Under the pieces are notes generated by a model that ran no database searches, was not told the origin of the DNA, and was given only the letters and a program-made list of their open reading frames with translations. A stretch of DNA of 64,000 nucleotides, taken from positions 1-64,000 of IMG/VR virus record IMGVR_UViG_3300029258_001212, one strand, 5' to 3'. A program made the position numbers and the translations under genes. This DNA comes from a virus. This document shows, piece after piece, positions 32,609-41,091 of the stretch (position 1 is its first letter; each line of letters opens with the position of its first letter).

Positions 32609-33519
32609 TGCGGAAAAATCATCCCTATCGTGCCACCATGCTGGCCATCAGCCGGCGGATGCAGCGCAGCGGCTACAGCGTGGCCTACACGAAGCATGGG
32701 GACCATGAGCTCGGGGTGCCGGACCCACCGGCCGGGGCGGCGTGGATCTCGTTCACCGAGAGCGAGGACTGCCAGGGCTTTGCCCATGCCCTCGGGTTGC
32801 TCGGGCTCGAGGAGTCCGTGAGCAAAAGCGGCCGGACATGCTTCGAGCTCCCGGACGGCGGCGCCGCGTGCGTGGTCGAGTCCGGTGACGGTACAGGGTA
32901 TCTGTACCTGAGCGAGCTGGGCCCGGTGGAGGAGACCAGGGCGGCCAAGCTGGGCACCCTCCTAGAGACCATCCGCGCGCCGCGCGTCAGCGAGCCAGAT
33001 CCGCTCACCGAGGCCCGCGCGAGCCGGCCAGGGATGACCCAATTCCGCGATCTGACCCTCCGCAAAAAGGTGGTGGACCAGATCATGAAGGCCGTCATGC
33101 AGGACATTCCGATCATCCTCACCGGCCAGCCCGGGTCCGGGCGGATCATGATCGCCCGACGTATTGCCCAGATGGTGAAGGGGCCCCTCCGCGCTCCGCA
33201 CTACACGGTGAGCATGAAGGGCCTGACCGGGACGGTGCGGAACGGCCGTTACGTGGAAGGCGATCTCACCATGGCCAACCAGGGGGTGCTCCTGTTGGAC
33301 GAGGGGGCGGAGATGCGGCGGCCGGCCCTCGAGGCCATCGGCCAGGCGGTGCGCTTGAAGCAGGTGCAGCTCCCTGGGATGCAGGAGCCCCGCCAGGCGG
33401 ACTTCCACCTGGTGATGACGGCTCCGGATGCCTCCGGGGCCAAGCGCGCATTGAAGTTCATGGGGCTCACCAAGGTGGCCACCATTCACATTGCCAAGGG
33501 TGACTTGGCGGTCAAGTAG
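32608..33519 (+). CDS. Putative cargo polyprotein with degenerate ComM/YifB-like AAA+ module
   Basis: LGTLLETIR...PLTE|A then GQPGSGRI...PLRAPHYTVS...GDLTMANQGVLLLDE. Confidence 0.65.
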   Translation: MRKNHPYRATMLAISRRMQRSGYSVAYTKHGDHELGVPDPPAGAAWISFTESEDCQGFAHALGLLGLEESVSKSGRTCFELPDGGAACVVESGDGTGYLYLSELGPVEETRAAKLGTLLETIRAPRVSEPDPLTEARASRPGMTQFRDLTLRKKVVDQIMKAVMQDIPIILTGQPGSGRIMIARRIAQMVKGPLRAPHYTVSMKGLTGTVRNGRYVEGDLTMANQGVLLLDEGAEMRRPALEAIGQAVRLKQVQLPGMQEPRQADFHLVMTAPDASGAKRALKFMGLTKVATIHIAKGDLAVK

Positions 33520-33531
33520 CAGGAGAACACG

Positions 33532-34155
33532 ATGAGCATCAGAACCCAGAAGCTGGCCCGGCTACTCGAGCAGATCCGCGGCGGCTCGGACGAGCCCCTG
33601 GACGAGACCATGTACGCCATCGGGTCCGGCGGTCTCCGCAAGCTCGGCGGGATGACCATCTTCCCGAACCAGGTGTATTTCATGGGCGCCTCGAGCTCGC
33701 CCAGTGGCATTTTCGTGACCCGGGTGACGGACGATGCGGTGACCTACAAACAGCTCTATTCGATGGGCAAGGAGCAGCGCATTCAGCGCCCCATCGCGGA
33801 CGACTTGGTTCGCCAGGGCACCGAGACCTGGCTCAAGTCCGGTTACCAGAAGTACCAGCCGGAGCGAGCTCGCAAGCTCAAGGCTCTCCTGGCGGGCAAG
33901 AAGCAGCCCCCGGAGAAAGAGGAGGACTACGTGCGGTGGCGCGTGGAGGTGAAGGCGGTGAACCCGCCCACCGGCAAGATGACCAGGGAGACGGATCCCT
34001 GGTATCGCGCGGAGGAGTACGGCAACGTCGGCTCGCGCGAGGACCCGAAGCACGGCACCGTCTACGAGATCACCAGCGTGACCGGGAAGGCTCTCAAGGA
34101 GCTTCGCAAGGACAAAGCATTCAAGGTGCTCAAAGCCACCCGCGAGAAACGGTAG
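33532..34155 (+). CDS. Putative cargo protein
   Basis: KLARLLEQIRGGSDEPLDE|T leader. Confidence 0.7.
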   Translation: MSIRTQKLARLLEQIRGGSDEPLDETMYAIGSGGLRKLGGMTIFPNQVYFMGASSSPSGIFVTRVTDDAVTYKQLYSMGKEQRIQRPIADDLVRQGTETWLKSGYQKYQPERARKLKALLAGKKQPPEKEEDYVRWRVEVKAVNPPTGKMTRETDPWYRAEEYGNVGSREDPKHGTVYEITSVTGKALKELRKDKAFKVLKATREKR

Positions 34156-34164
34156 GAGGACACG

Positions 34165-34824
34165 ATGACCCCGACCCAGTACATGCTCCCCGTCCCTTAC
34201 GAGACCATCGAAGTGGACGGCCAGGAGTGGGAGGTGGTGACCGCGGGAGCGGATGCCAAGTCCTACGTGGTGAGCCTCAAGAAGCCCGGCAAGGGTGGCA
34301 ACCTCTACTACCTCGAGCTGGACCTGGAGAGCGGGGAGCCGAAGGGGTCCCCGCGCAAGATTGGCAACATCGAAATGCTCGAGGGTGATGCCCTTGGTGG
34401 GCTCCTCGGGCAGCTCCGCGAGGAGTCCGGTTTGGCGGAGGCGCGCCCACGCCTTGCCGATCAGAGATCGGTGGTCAAGATCGGCCGCTCCGGGAAATCC
34501 TACAGCTACTTCTACCAGGGTTCCACGGCGGGGCGCTGGGATGAGCTCGAGGGGCTGGACGCCCAGGAGGTGTTTCGCAAGACGCTGGCCGTTCTCAAGA
34601 TGTACCCGCAGACCACGGTGCTCCTGCCCAACAGGTGGAGCTTCGGGCGGCGATCTGAAGCTGTGCGGAGCCAGCGCCTCCCCTTTGTGCTCCTGGCGAA
34701 GCAGGGGCAGGAGGTGGACGCCACCGACAGCCCAAAGGACTTCTGGACCGAATACGGGATGCAGCTCCTACGCGGCCAAGTGAAGCTCAAGCCGCGCGAG
34801 ACGCGCCCGGCGCCGGGGTGGTAG
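34165..34824 (+). CDS. Putative cargo polyprotein (2 modules)
   Basis: Internal DALGGLLGQLREESGLAE|A. Confidence 0.7.
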   Translation: MTPTQYMLPVPYETIEVDGQEWEVVTAGADAKSYVVSLKKPGKGGNLYYLELDLESGEPKGSPRKIGNIEMLEGDALGGLLGQLREESGLAEARPRLADQRSVVKIGRSGKSYSYFYQGSTAGRWDELEGLDAQEVFRKTLAVLKMYPQTTVLLPNRWSFGRRSEAVRSQRLPFVLLAKQGQEVDATDSPKDFWTEYGMQLLRGQVKLKPRETRPAPGW

Positions 34825-34826
34825 GG

Positions 34827-35726
34827 ATGAACCTCGAGGCGATCCAGGGGCTCCTCATGGAGCTCAGGTCCCAGGTGAGCCAGATCGGGCTCGACTTCAC
34901 TGGTGCGGCAGAGCGAAAGCGCGCCAGGCGCACCCGCACGCGCGTGCGACGTGTGCCCAACCCACGGAAGCCCCGGCGCCCGTCTCCGGCCCGGGCCGAA
35001 CCAGTGCCCCTCGAGCCCCCGCCAGAGCCAGCTACCCCACGGGTCAAGCTGGCTGACTTCCGGTTGCCACCTACGCGCAAGGAGGCCCACACCGGCGAGC
35101 TCCTGGGGCGCTGTATCGACTGCAAGCGCAAGCTGGCCAAGACGGCCGGCAAGGGCACGAAGTGGTGTCCACGGTGCAACAAGCTCCACCAGCAAAGCAT
35201 CCCGGTAGACCTGGGCAGCGGGGAGCGCAAGGTCAAGAAGCGGACCAGGTGCCCCACGTGCGGCGGTGTGAAGCGCAAGACGGACTACCAGTGCCAGAAG
35301 TGTTTTCAGGCCAGGCATACCCGGTTCGCCCAGATCGAACACATCGTCCAGGCGATCCGTGAGCTCGGCAGTCTGATCCTCGAGGCCAATGCCCAGCGGC
35401 GCGACCCGTGGGAGCTCATGCCGATCCTGGACCAGTGGCTCAAGGACAAGGGATGGCGCCGCAACACGAAGGCCCCTCACTGGGTGAAACGGGCCTGGTA
35501 TAAACCGGTCTACCGCGAGGCCAAGGGAGACCAGTGGGCGAACCTTCGGAGCGCCCTCCGCAAGCTCGCCCCGAAGCTGGGCGGCAAGTACATCGAACAG
35601 CCGGCGCTGGCGGACGAGGAGGACACCCTCCTGGTGACCGTGCCGGGCTACTTCACCATCACGGCCCAGGTGCCCAACGTCCAGTTCGGCGTGGCCAAGC
35701 TGTCCGTGACGACGCGCAAGAGGTGA
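34827..35726 (+). CDS. Putative cargo polyprotein with Zn-finger module
   Basis: LEAIQGLLMELRSQ leader; CIDC/CPRC/CPTC/CQKC; IRELGSLILE|A. Confidence 0.65.
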   Translation: MNLEAIQGLLMELRSQVSQIGLDFTGAAERKRARRTRTRVRRVPNPRKPRRPSPARAEPVPLEPPPEPATPRVKLADFRLPPTRKEAHTGELLGRCIDCKRKLAKTAGKGTKWCPRCNKLHQQSIPVDLGSGERKVKKRTRCPTCGGVKRKTDYQCQKCFQARHTRFAQIEHIVQAIRELGSLILEANAQRRDPWELMPILDQWLKDKGWRRNTKAPHWVKRAWYKPVYREAKGDQWANLRSALRKLAPKLGGKYIEQPALADEEDTLLVTVPGYFTITAQVPNVQFGVAKLSVTTRKR

Positions 35727-35730
35727 CAGG

Positions 35731-37983
35731 ATGAAAACGCTGGACAAGATCGCTCGCAACGACAAGACGGGGTTCATGAAGTGGTGGGGCGAGGTTGCCG
35801 GCCTACTGAACGGCACCATGGGCGCCAATCCGGGCTACTCCAAGATCAAGATGAGCGACACCATCGGGGTCAACGTGCCCACCGGTGTGATCTACGTTTC
35901 GCCCATGCGTAGCGGGAGCGACTTCCGCGCGGAGTCCTGGATCGACAGCGAGACCGAACAAGGACACAACGCCTTCAAGTGGCGTTCCAAGGGGCTCACT
36001 CCTCGCAAGGTGGCAGCCGACATTCAACGAAAGTGGGGAAAGCATCTCTGGGAGAACACGGACGAGCAACGGATGGGTGCCATCATGGGCGTGGTACTCG
36101 AGGAGTCGGACAATATTTTGTTCCACGCGGGGCTCCTCGGGGAGCGCCAGAAGCGGCCGGGGACGGGTGACTTCCCGGACGAGTCCAAGGTGCGTCAGGG
36201 TTCCTTCAAGATCGGCCAGGACTTCATGAAGCTGGTGAAGCAGGAGAAGCTCGACGGGCCTCACATGCTTCTGTTCAGGGAGGTGCGGGACCACATCAAC
36301 AAGATCCCCAGGGAGAAGCTCCCGGAGATCTGGGGCCTGGACAACATCCCGGATGCCCAGGACGAGATCGCCCGAGCTCCACGCAAGGCGTTCCAGGCGT
36401 TCCTGCGAAACGTCCACAAGGTGGACCGCAAGCTCGCCGGGTACATCCGGCGCATCGCGGACAACGTACCGCTGGTCTGGTACATGATCATGCAGAGGAT
36501 CAGCGGCAAGGACATGGCGGACATCATCCTGAACCGCTACTTCACAACCAAGAATTACTACGAGCCGTCGCAGCGTGTGAAGATGCGCGACAAGCGGCGC
36601 CGTAAGGCAAGCAAGATGCCCTCCGGCAGCCAGCCCGGACTGTTTCCCGAGGGGCAGGAGCTGGACGAGGGCATTATGAAAAAGCACGCGGGCCTCTACA
36701 AGGCGCCGGACCGGGGAAGCTCGCAGAGCTATGTGCTGGTGAAGCGTGGTTCCGAGGGCTATCTGAAAAAGTGGGCCGAGCGCCAAGGACTCGTGTTCCA
36801 CGGCGGCCACGGCCTGAGCGGGGAAAAGGGTTACTTCGAGGACCCGAACACCGGGAGCTACTACGTGCTGGGCACGGGCAACAAGCGCAGCCCGTTCGCC
36901 GCGAACGAGGATCAGGACTCCCTCGGTGAGCTCCTCGGTGAGCTCGAGGAGGCCAAGGGCAAGTGCGGCCGGAAGCCTCGAGGCGGTGGTGTCCAGGACG
37001 GCAAGGGCCCGCATGGGGCCGGGCGCGGGCGCGGGCGGATGGAGCTCGAGGACCAGGAGCTCGGGGAGGCGGCCAGCCCCGAGCAGCTCCACCAAGCCAA
37101 GATGATGATCATCAAGATGCTGGACCAGGCGGTCCGCAAGGCCATCGGTGGCAGCGTCAAGGGCTTCACCGGTGACAAGGGCGGTGCCGTCATGGGCCGG
37201 TGGGTCACGAAGTCCAAGCTCGGGGAGCACACAATGATCGTTCGCATCCCGCCCAGGATGACCGAATTCAGTGTGTCCACTTACACGAAGCACAAGAACG
37301 CCAACATCAAACCCAAGGTGCTGGACGAGACCATGGTGGACATGCGGAAGGTGTGGAAGGGGGACAAGAAGTACGATTGGCGCCCCATCACAGATCTGTT
37401 CAAGCAAGAGATCGCCACCGGCGGCAACCGCAACGTCGTGTCCGTGGAGGACCAGGACAACCTCGGTGAGCTCCTGGGCGAGCTCCGCCAGGCGTCCGGG
37501 CTCGAGGACCTGGACGAGGCGGCGCGCCCCAAGCTGATCAAGGGTGACACGGTGCCCAAGGACCTGGCGGCCCTGTGGCCAGTGCTCCGGCGGTTCGGCT
37601 TCAAGCGCCCCAAGCTCAAGCGGACGGTGGAGTACGAGGGCACGCCTCACCAGTACACCATGGTTATGCCGGCCAGCGGGATCTGGGAGCGCAGCGGGAG
37701 CCGCAAGAAGTCCGCGTTCACGTCCAAGGAACGCTGGGAACTCTCCAAGGCGATCAAGGAGTGGGCCGCGAAGCACGGATGGACCCACAAGATGGGTCCG
37801 CGGGGGTTCCACGGCAATGAAACGGACACCTTTGCGAAGATGCAGCCCAAGCTCCCGACCCACAAGGTGCCCAACGAAGCGCACCTCACCATGCGTACTT
37901 CCGGGCGCCTCAAGAGCGGTTACGCCCCCGGCGAGGACGTGCTCCAGAACGTCTACTTCAATCTCAGCTACGCCACCAGATAG
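35731..37983 (+). CDS. Large putative cargo polyprotein (~6 modules)
   Basis: Linkers VLEE|S...LLGE|R, QELDE|G, EDQDSLGELLGELEE|A, QELGE|A, EDQDNLGELLGELRQASGLEDLDE|A. Confidence 0.75.
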   Translation: MKTLDKIARNDKTGFMKWWGEVAGLLNGTMGANPGYSKIKMSDTIGVNVPTGVIYVSPMRSGSDFRAESWIDSETEQGHNAFKWRSKGLTPRKVAADIQRKWGKHLWENTDEQRMGAIMGVVLEESDNILFHAGLLGERQKRPGTGDFPDESKVRQGSFKIGQDFMKLVKQEKLDGPHMLLFREVRDHINKIPREKLPEIWGLDNIPDAQDEIARAPRKAFQAFLRNVHKVDRKLAGYIRRIADNVPLVWYMIMQRISGKDMADIILNRYFTTKNYYEPSQRVKMRDKRRRKASKMPSGSQPGLFPEGQELDEGIMKKHAGLYKAPDRGSSQSYVLVKRGSEGYLKKWAERQGLVFHGGHGLSGEKGYFEDPNTGSYYVLGTGNKRSPFAANEDQDSLGELLGELEEAKGKCGRKPRGGGVQDGKGPHGAGRGRGRMELEDQELGEAASPEQLHQAKMMIIKMLDQAVRKAIGGSVKGFTGDKGGAVMGRWVTKSKLGEHTMIVRIPPRMTEFSVSTYTKHKNANIKPKVLDETMVDMRKVWKGDKKYDWRPITDLFKQEIATGGNRNVVSVEDQDNLGELLGELRQASGLEDLDEAARPKLIKGDTVPKDLAALWPVLRRFGFKRPKLKRTVEYEGTPHQYTMVMPASGIWERSGSRKKSAFTSKERWELSKAIKEWAAKHGWTHKMGPRGFHGNETDTFAKMQPKLPTHKVPNEAHLTMRTSGRLKSGYAPGEDVLQNVYFNLSYATR

Positions 37984-38005
37984 CACTCCTCTGAGGCATA
38001 AGCCC

Positions 38006-38033
38006 TTGACAGGGCTTGTATCCCCTCCATATT
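38006..38033 (+). promoter_or_regulatory. Possible sigma70 promoter
   Basis: TTGACA-N16-CATATT upstream of 38093. Confidence 0.4.
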
Positions 38034-38092
38034 TCGGGCACGATAAGGGTAGTTAAGGGCAAGCAAGCGAAAGCGGCCCGACGAGGTGTACC

Positions 38093-38356
38093 ATGAGCTA
38101 CGCGGCGCAGTTGAAAGAGGAGGTTCGGATGCGGGCGGACGTGCCCACTGTCCGGCCGGCGGCCGGCGAGGACCGCGAGAGTGCCGTCTCGGCCCTCCGC
38201 GCCCTTGGGGCCCAGGCCACCCAGCTCGCAACTCAGCTCGAGCGAGGCCAGCTCTCCGAGGCCACGCTGGACGGCGTGTGGGAGCACATCAACGGTGCCA
38301 CCAGGGCGATGGTGGAGGCCACCCGTGCGGCCTTCGATGCCCAGCGGCGCAAGTAG
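38093..38356 (+). CDS. Small helical hypothetical protein
   Basis: RBS GAGGT, own promoter candidate. Confidence 0.6.
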   Translation: MSYAAQLKEEVRMRADVPTVRPAAGEDRESAVSALRALGAQATQLATQLERGQLSEATLDGVWEHINGATRAMVEATRAAFDAQRRK

Positions 38357-38366
38357 CACCTCAACC

Positions 38367-38435
38367 TTGGCACGGCTGTTGCTTCTTCTTAATTAACCTT
38401 ATCTCTCTCTGTTAGAGGAGAAGAGTCTTGAGGGT
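38367..38435 (+). repeat. Conserved ~70 bp element copy 3
   Basis: TTGGCACGGCTGTTGCTTCTTCTTAATTAACCTTATCTCTCTCTGTTAGAGGAGAAGAGTCTTGAGGGT (most diverged 3' half). Confidence 0.9.
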
Positions 38436-38474
38436 TTGATTTGCGGGCCGTGGTGGCCCGGGGAGATTGGAGCC

Positions 38475-38738
38475 ATGAAACAAGATCGGAAACCGAAGAT
38501 GATCGGGTGGGTGTTCCTGGTGTTCGGGGGCATGTTCCTGTTGGGGACGGTGCTGTTCGGAATCATGGACCGCACCATCATGGACAACATCGCTGCGGCC
38601 GTGTGCGCGTGCGGGATGGTGTTGTCGGTGGGGTTCTGGGCGCACGTGTGGGTGGCGCGCCAGCGGCTCCGCCAGAGCGAGCTCCTGGAGATCCGGCTGC
38701 AACAGCTCGGTGAGCACTGGAAGGCGAGCGCCCGGTAG
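38475..38738 (+). CDS. Two-TM membrane protein
   Basis: Two hydrophobic segments. Confidence 0.6.
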   Translation: MKQDRKPKMIGWVFLVFGGMFLLGTVLFGIMDRTIMDNIAAAVCACGMVLSVGFWAHVWVARQRLRQSELLEIRLQQLGEHWKASAR

Positions 38739-38803
38739 TGCTAGGATAGGGGCGCGAATCCAAGCAAGCCCCGGCCATCGTGCCGGCGAACAAGGAGGCA
38801 ACG

Positions 38804-39241
38804 ATGGATCGGCTAGACGCATTGCTCCAGGAGGAGCGGGGGCACCAGGGCCTGGTGGACCTTCCGGCCATTGGTGGTCCGGTGGTGGACGAGGGGGCAG
38901 ACCGGCACGCAGTCCATGAGCTGGAGCTCTATATCGACAACACTCACCAGCTCTACAAGGACAAGTGGGAAAACTTCTTCTCGAGTCTCACGCGCAAGGT
39001 GGCGGCCGGGAAGTATGATCGCAAGCGGGCGCTCAAGATGATGGGCTACCTGGTGGACCGCGCGGCCAAGGAGTACGCCAAGGAGTTCGGGGGCACTTGG
39101 AATCAGATCTTCTCGGTGCCCACCCGCAAGGCCGTGGCGGCGTCACAGGTGGAGGAGTTCGAAGATGTGGTGAAGGACTCTCCGGAGGACTTGGCCAAGT
39201 GGGTCCCCAAGAAGTACGCGAAGAACAAGCTCAAGATCTGA
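38804..39241 (+). CDS. Conserved phage protein (ELELYIDN...GKYD...YAKEF type) with acidic leader
   Basis: MDRLDALLQEE...VVDE|G followed by a motif common in phage proteins. Confidence 0.65.
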   Translation: MDRLDALLQEERGHQGLVDLPAIGGPVVDEGADRHAVHELELYIDNTHQLYKDKWENFFSSLTRKVAAGKYDRKRALKMMGYLVDRAAKEYAKEFGGTWNQIFSVPTRKAVAASQVEEFEDVVKDSPEDLAKWVPKKYAKNKLKI

Positions 39242-39305
39242 GCTCCCTTCCATCGTTCGATCTGTCCGTGGTAAGCTGCCCTCCTCGCTGTAGGAGGAAC
39301 GCAGC

Positions 39306-39581
39306 ATGGCAGACACCAGGACCTATACGGCCGTCACATCCGAGGTGATGGACGCCATCCGTGCCGGCCTCGAGGCGGCAGCCATCGACATGCCAGATAC
39401 GCCAGATGGGGAGGTGACGTTCTTCGGCACCCTCCGGTTCAAGTTCGGGTACACCTGGGATGACCAGGCAGAGACCCTCGAGCTCGAGATCCTGGACAAG
39501 CCGTTCTTCGCCCCGGCGGACAAGCTGTGGGAGTACGCAGACGCGGGGGTGAGTGCGTGCGGGGGGACGCCTCCGGCATAG
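39306..39581 (+). CDS. Hypothetical protein
   Basis: RBS AGGAGG. Confidence 0.65.
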   Translation: MADTRTYTAVTSEVMDAIRAGLEAAAIDMPDTPDGEVTFFGTLRFKFGYTWDDQAETLELEILDKPFFAPADKLWEYADAGVSACGGTPPA

Positions 39582-39619
39582 CAAGCGTGGCCCGGGGCTG
39601 GGCCACCAGGAGGGAGCCG

Positions 39620-39895
39620 ATGGCGAGCTCGTTTCGCGTTGGCGAAGCAGATCTGAATTCGTTGGCCAGGTTGGTATTCGAGAGCCCAACTCACTCCAGG
39701 CGCGTGTACGCGAAGCAAGGCGATGAGCTCAAGTACATCGAACGCAATGGGCGCGGAGGCCCGCGCGTGGGCGCGTGTACGGCGGAGGAGTTCCGGCTGT
39801 GGTGCTCGAGGCGCCAGGTGCGAAGCCGGCCAGCCACCAGGCGCGAGACGGCGCGGGACTGGAAGATCATCCGGGCGATGCCCGGCGAACCATGA
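39620..39895 (+). CDS. Hypothetical protein
   Basis: RBS AGGAGG. Confidence 0.55.
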   Translation: MASSFRVGEADLNSLARLVFESPTHSRRVYAKQGDELKYIERNGRGGPRVGACTAEEFRLWCSRRQVRSRPATRRETARDWKIIRAMPGEP

Positions 39896-39926
39896 ACGGC
39901 CCCGAGGGGGCCAGGAGGAGTCCAAG

Positions 39927-40541
39927 ATGAAACGGATGATGCGAGTGCTCCCGGCAGTGCTGGCGGTGATGCTGGTGACCGGATGCGCGGACAAGTTCTT
40001 CGCGGCCAAGGTGGCCGTCCAGTCGGGCCGGGCGGCCCTGAGCATGGCGAACATTGGCCTGACCACGGCGGATAAGGCAAAGCAGGATGCGTGCAAGATC
40101 CCGATATGCGAAAAGGTGGACAAGCCGGGGACGGTGAAGTACCGAGCCTGCATGGGGCAGGACCACAGCGCGGATCCGACCTGGGTGAGCTGCTATGCCA
40201 AGTTTAAGCACTTCATGACGGTCACGTGGCCCCAAGCCGAGAAGACGGCCAACGCCGGGTTCACCACTGCGGAGGCGAGTATCACCTTGGCGGAGGCCCA
40301 GAAGTCAGGTCTCCCCTTGGACGTGCTACCCGTGGTGAAGGCCAGCGCCTGTTTCGTGGCCCAGGCCCTCGAGTTCCTACCCGAGAAAGCGAAAAAGACC
40401 GTTCAGATGTTCCTGGACATGATGAAGGCGTTTGGCTGCCAGGCGCCCCCGGCCCCGGCGGCAGCTCCGCCGGCCCCGGCGCCAAGACCCCCGGCGGCCC
40501 CTCCGGCAACCGATTCACGTCCAGCCCCCGCGCGCCCGTGA
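39927..40541 (+). CDS. Putative lipoprotein with Pro-rich tail
   Basis: MKRMMRVLPAVLAVMLVTGC lipobox. Confidence 0.65.
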   Translation: MKRMMRVLPAVLAVMLVTGCADKFFAAKVAVQSGRAALSMANIGLTTADKAKQDACKIPICEKVDKPGTVKYRACMGQDHSADPTWVSCYAKFKHFMTVTWPQAEKTANAGFTTAEASITLAEAQKSGLPLDVLPVVKASACFVAQALEFLPEKAKKTVQMFLDMMKAFGCQAPPAPAAAPPAPAPRPPAAPPATDSRPAPARP

Positions 40542-40774
40542 CTGCGGCGCGGGATCCCTTCGATCTGGTGTTCCCCCTGGCGGGCCAGGAGGAGGAGCCA
40601 GAGGAGCTGGTGTGGCCCCAGGCGCCTCGGAATTGCCCCACCTGTGGAAGCGGTAGGCTTCGCTCTGGTGAGGACGGACAGGGGCGCTACTGGCGGTGCC
40701 TGACGTGCAAGCGGACGGGCGCCATCGAACCCCGCTCAGAGCAGCCGCGTCGGTATCGGATCCGCAAGCGATAG
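40538..40774 (+). CDS. Zinc-ribbon protein
   Basis: CPTCGS...CLTC. Confidence 0.55.
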   Translation: MTAARDPFDLVFPLAGQEEEPEELVWPQAPRNCPTCGSGRLRSGEDGQGRYWRCLTCKRTGAIEPRSEQPRRYRIRKR

Positions 40775-40823
40775 ATTTCTCACGCGATCCCGGCTAGTAT
40801 CTTGGGGTGAAAGCGACACCAGC

Positions 40824-40976
40824 ATGGCTCGCATCAGTGGAATACTGTGCCGGATCTTCGGCCATTCGTGGTACACGGCCCGGGGGCAGAAGTTCCGATA
40901 TTGCCGGAGGTGTCGGCGCGTTCAGACAAGATCCCAAGCCAGCGATGAGTGGCAATGGATGAAGCAGTACCCATGA
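40824..40976 (+). CDS. DUF1660-like small Zn-binding phage protein (not in ORF track)
   Basis: LCRIFGHSW...YCRRC. Confidence 0.5.
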   Translation: MARISGILCRIFGHSWYTARGQKFRYCRRCRRVQTRSQASDEWQWMKQYP

Positions 40977-41083
40977 TGCCCGTAGCGCCTAACTTCGTGT
41001 CCGGGGCCAGCCTTGGCTTCGTGATCGGTTTCATGCTCGGGCTTCTGGTGGGATTCAATGCAGGCCAGGGGCCGCGAGGATGA
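40973..41083 (+). CDS. Small TM peptide (not in ORF track)
   Basis: ATGA coupling; GASLGFVIGFMLGLLVGF. Confidence 0.45.
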   Translation: MMPVAPNFVSGASLGFVIGFMLGLLVGFNAGQGPRG

Positions 41084-41091
41084 GGTAACAG

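Noticed and set aside
33013-33519. AAA+ module as the sigma54 activator (bEBP) for the repeated element
   Set aside because: Lacks the GAFTGA loop and the Walker A lysine; motifs fit ComM/YifB better
35803-37986. 727-aa minus-strand ORF (also 61137-63896, 54973-57183, 45103-46674 and similar)
   Set aside because: Antisense shadows of well-supported + strand genes, expected in high-GC DNA with strong codon bias; no motifs or RBS
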